From the NCBI GenBank assembly GCA_951406725.2, contig OX597815.1, positions 36,146,001-36,210,000 on the forward strand: 64,000 nt of DNA, in the 5' to 3' direction. Below are positions 63,548 through 64,000 of the stretch, piece by piece (the first letter of the stretch is position 1; each line of letters starts with the position of its first letter). Both the position numbers and the translations under genes were made by a program. The notes below the pieces were generated by a model. The model saw only the letters and a program-made list of their open reading frames with translations, was not told the origin of the DNA and did no database searches. The stretch is from Octopus vulgaris (lineage: Eukaryota).

Positions 63548-64000
63548 CTACAGAAGGTACAATGTCAACAATAATTATTGAGTAACCAACTAAATAAGGC
63601 TTTTTTTTTTTAGTTTATGTATCATATGTTAGGCAGGTATGATACATAAAATACTTAGCAGAGTCAACAGAGTGCTATGTAATATTCATACCTACCTTGA
63701 GTGCATTAATAATATAACTAAAACCATGCCCAGCAATTAGAAACCAATATCTTTAACCTATCTTTATTTTGTTGCTTGGCTACTTTAGATACAATATCAG
63801 CAATTTTTTTCTTGTTTTCTTTTCCATTCGGTATAACAAGTATTCCCCAATGAAGTTATACTGATGCTATAATAGTTTTTCAGAAGGTGCATTAGTGTAG
63901 TTTCACAAAACCTTTCACAGACATGAAGCTGAAGATCATTAGAGAAGGTAAATAAGGTTGTGATTTTCATGCTTTCCTAAGAGCATCAGTTATGTAACTG

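Overview
AT-rich, repeat-dense eukaryotic DNA. The SINE/LINE repertoire suggests a coleoid cephalopod (Octopus-like); this is inference. Two genes are supported: an intronless MFSD6L (33605-35509, +) and the last seven coding exons of POLR3D/RPC4 (63547 down to 45611, -; all GT-AG and phase-consistent, 5' end beyond the window). The rest is transposon-derived: several tRNA-SINE families, RTE/CR1 LINE fragments, mariner and Helitron remnants, MITEs, a solo LTR and a Gypsy gag relic. The most notable signal is four unrelated type-I hammerhead-ribozyme families (about 3.1, 3.3, 54.1 and 62.2-62.5 kb). One is a TSD-bounded 366-bp element joining a tRNA-like Pol III head to a Penelope-type hammerhead, with an inverted partial copy. 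Also notable are three apparent local templated insertions around MFSD6L, including a 324-bp near-perfect inverted repeat, and an RTE LINE with a PHD-like finger inside its RT. Repeat boundaries were read by eye and are approximate unless a TSD or TIR is quoted.
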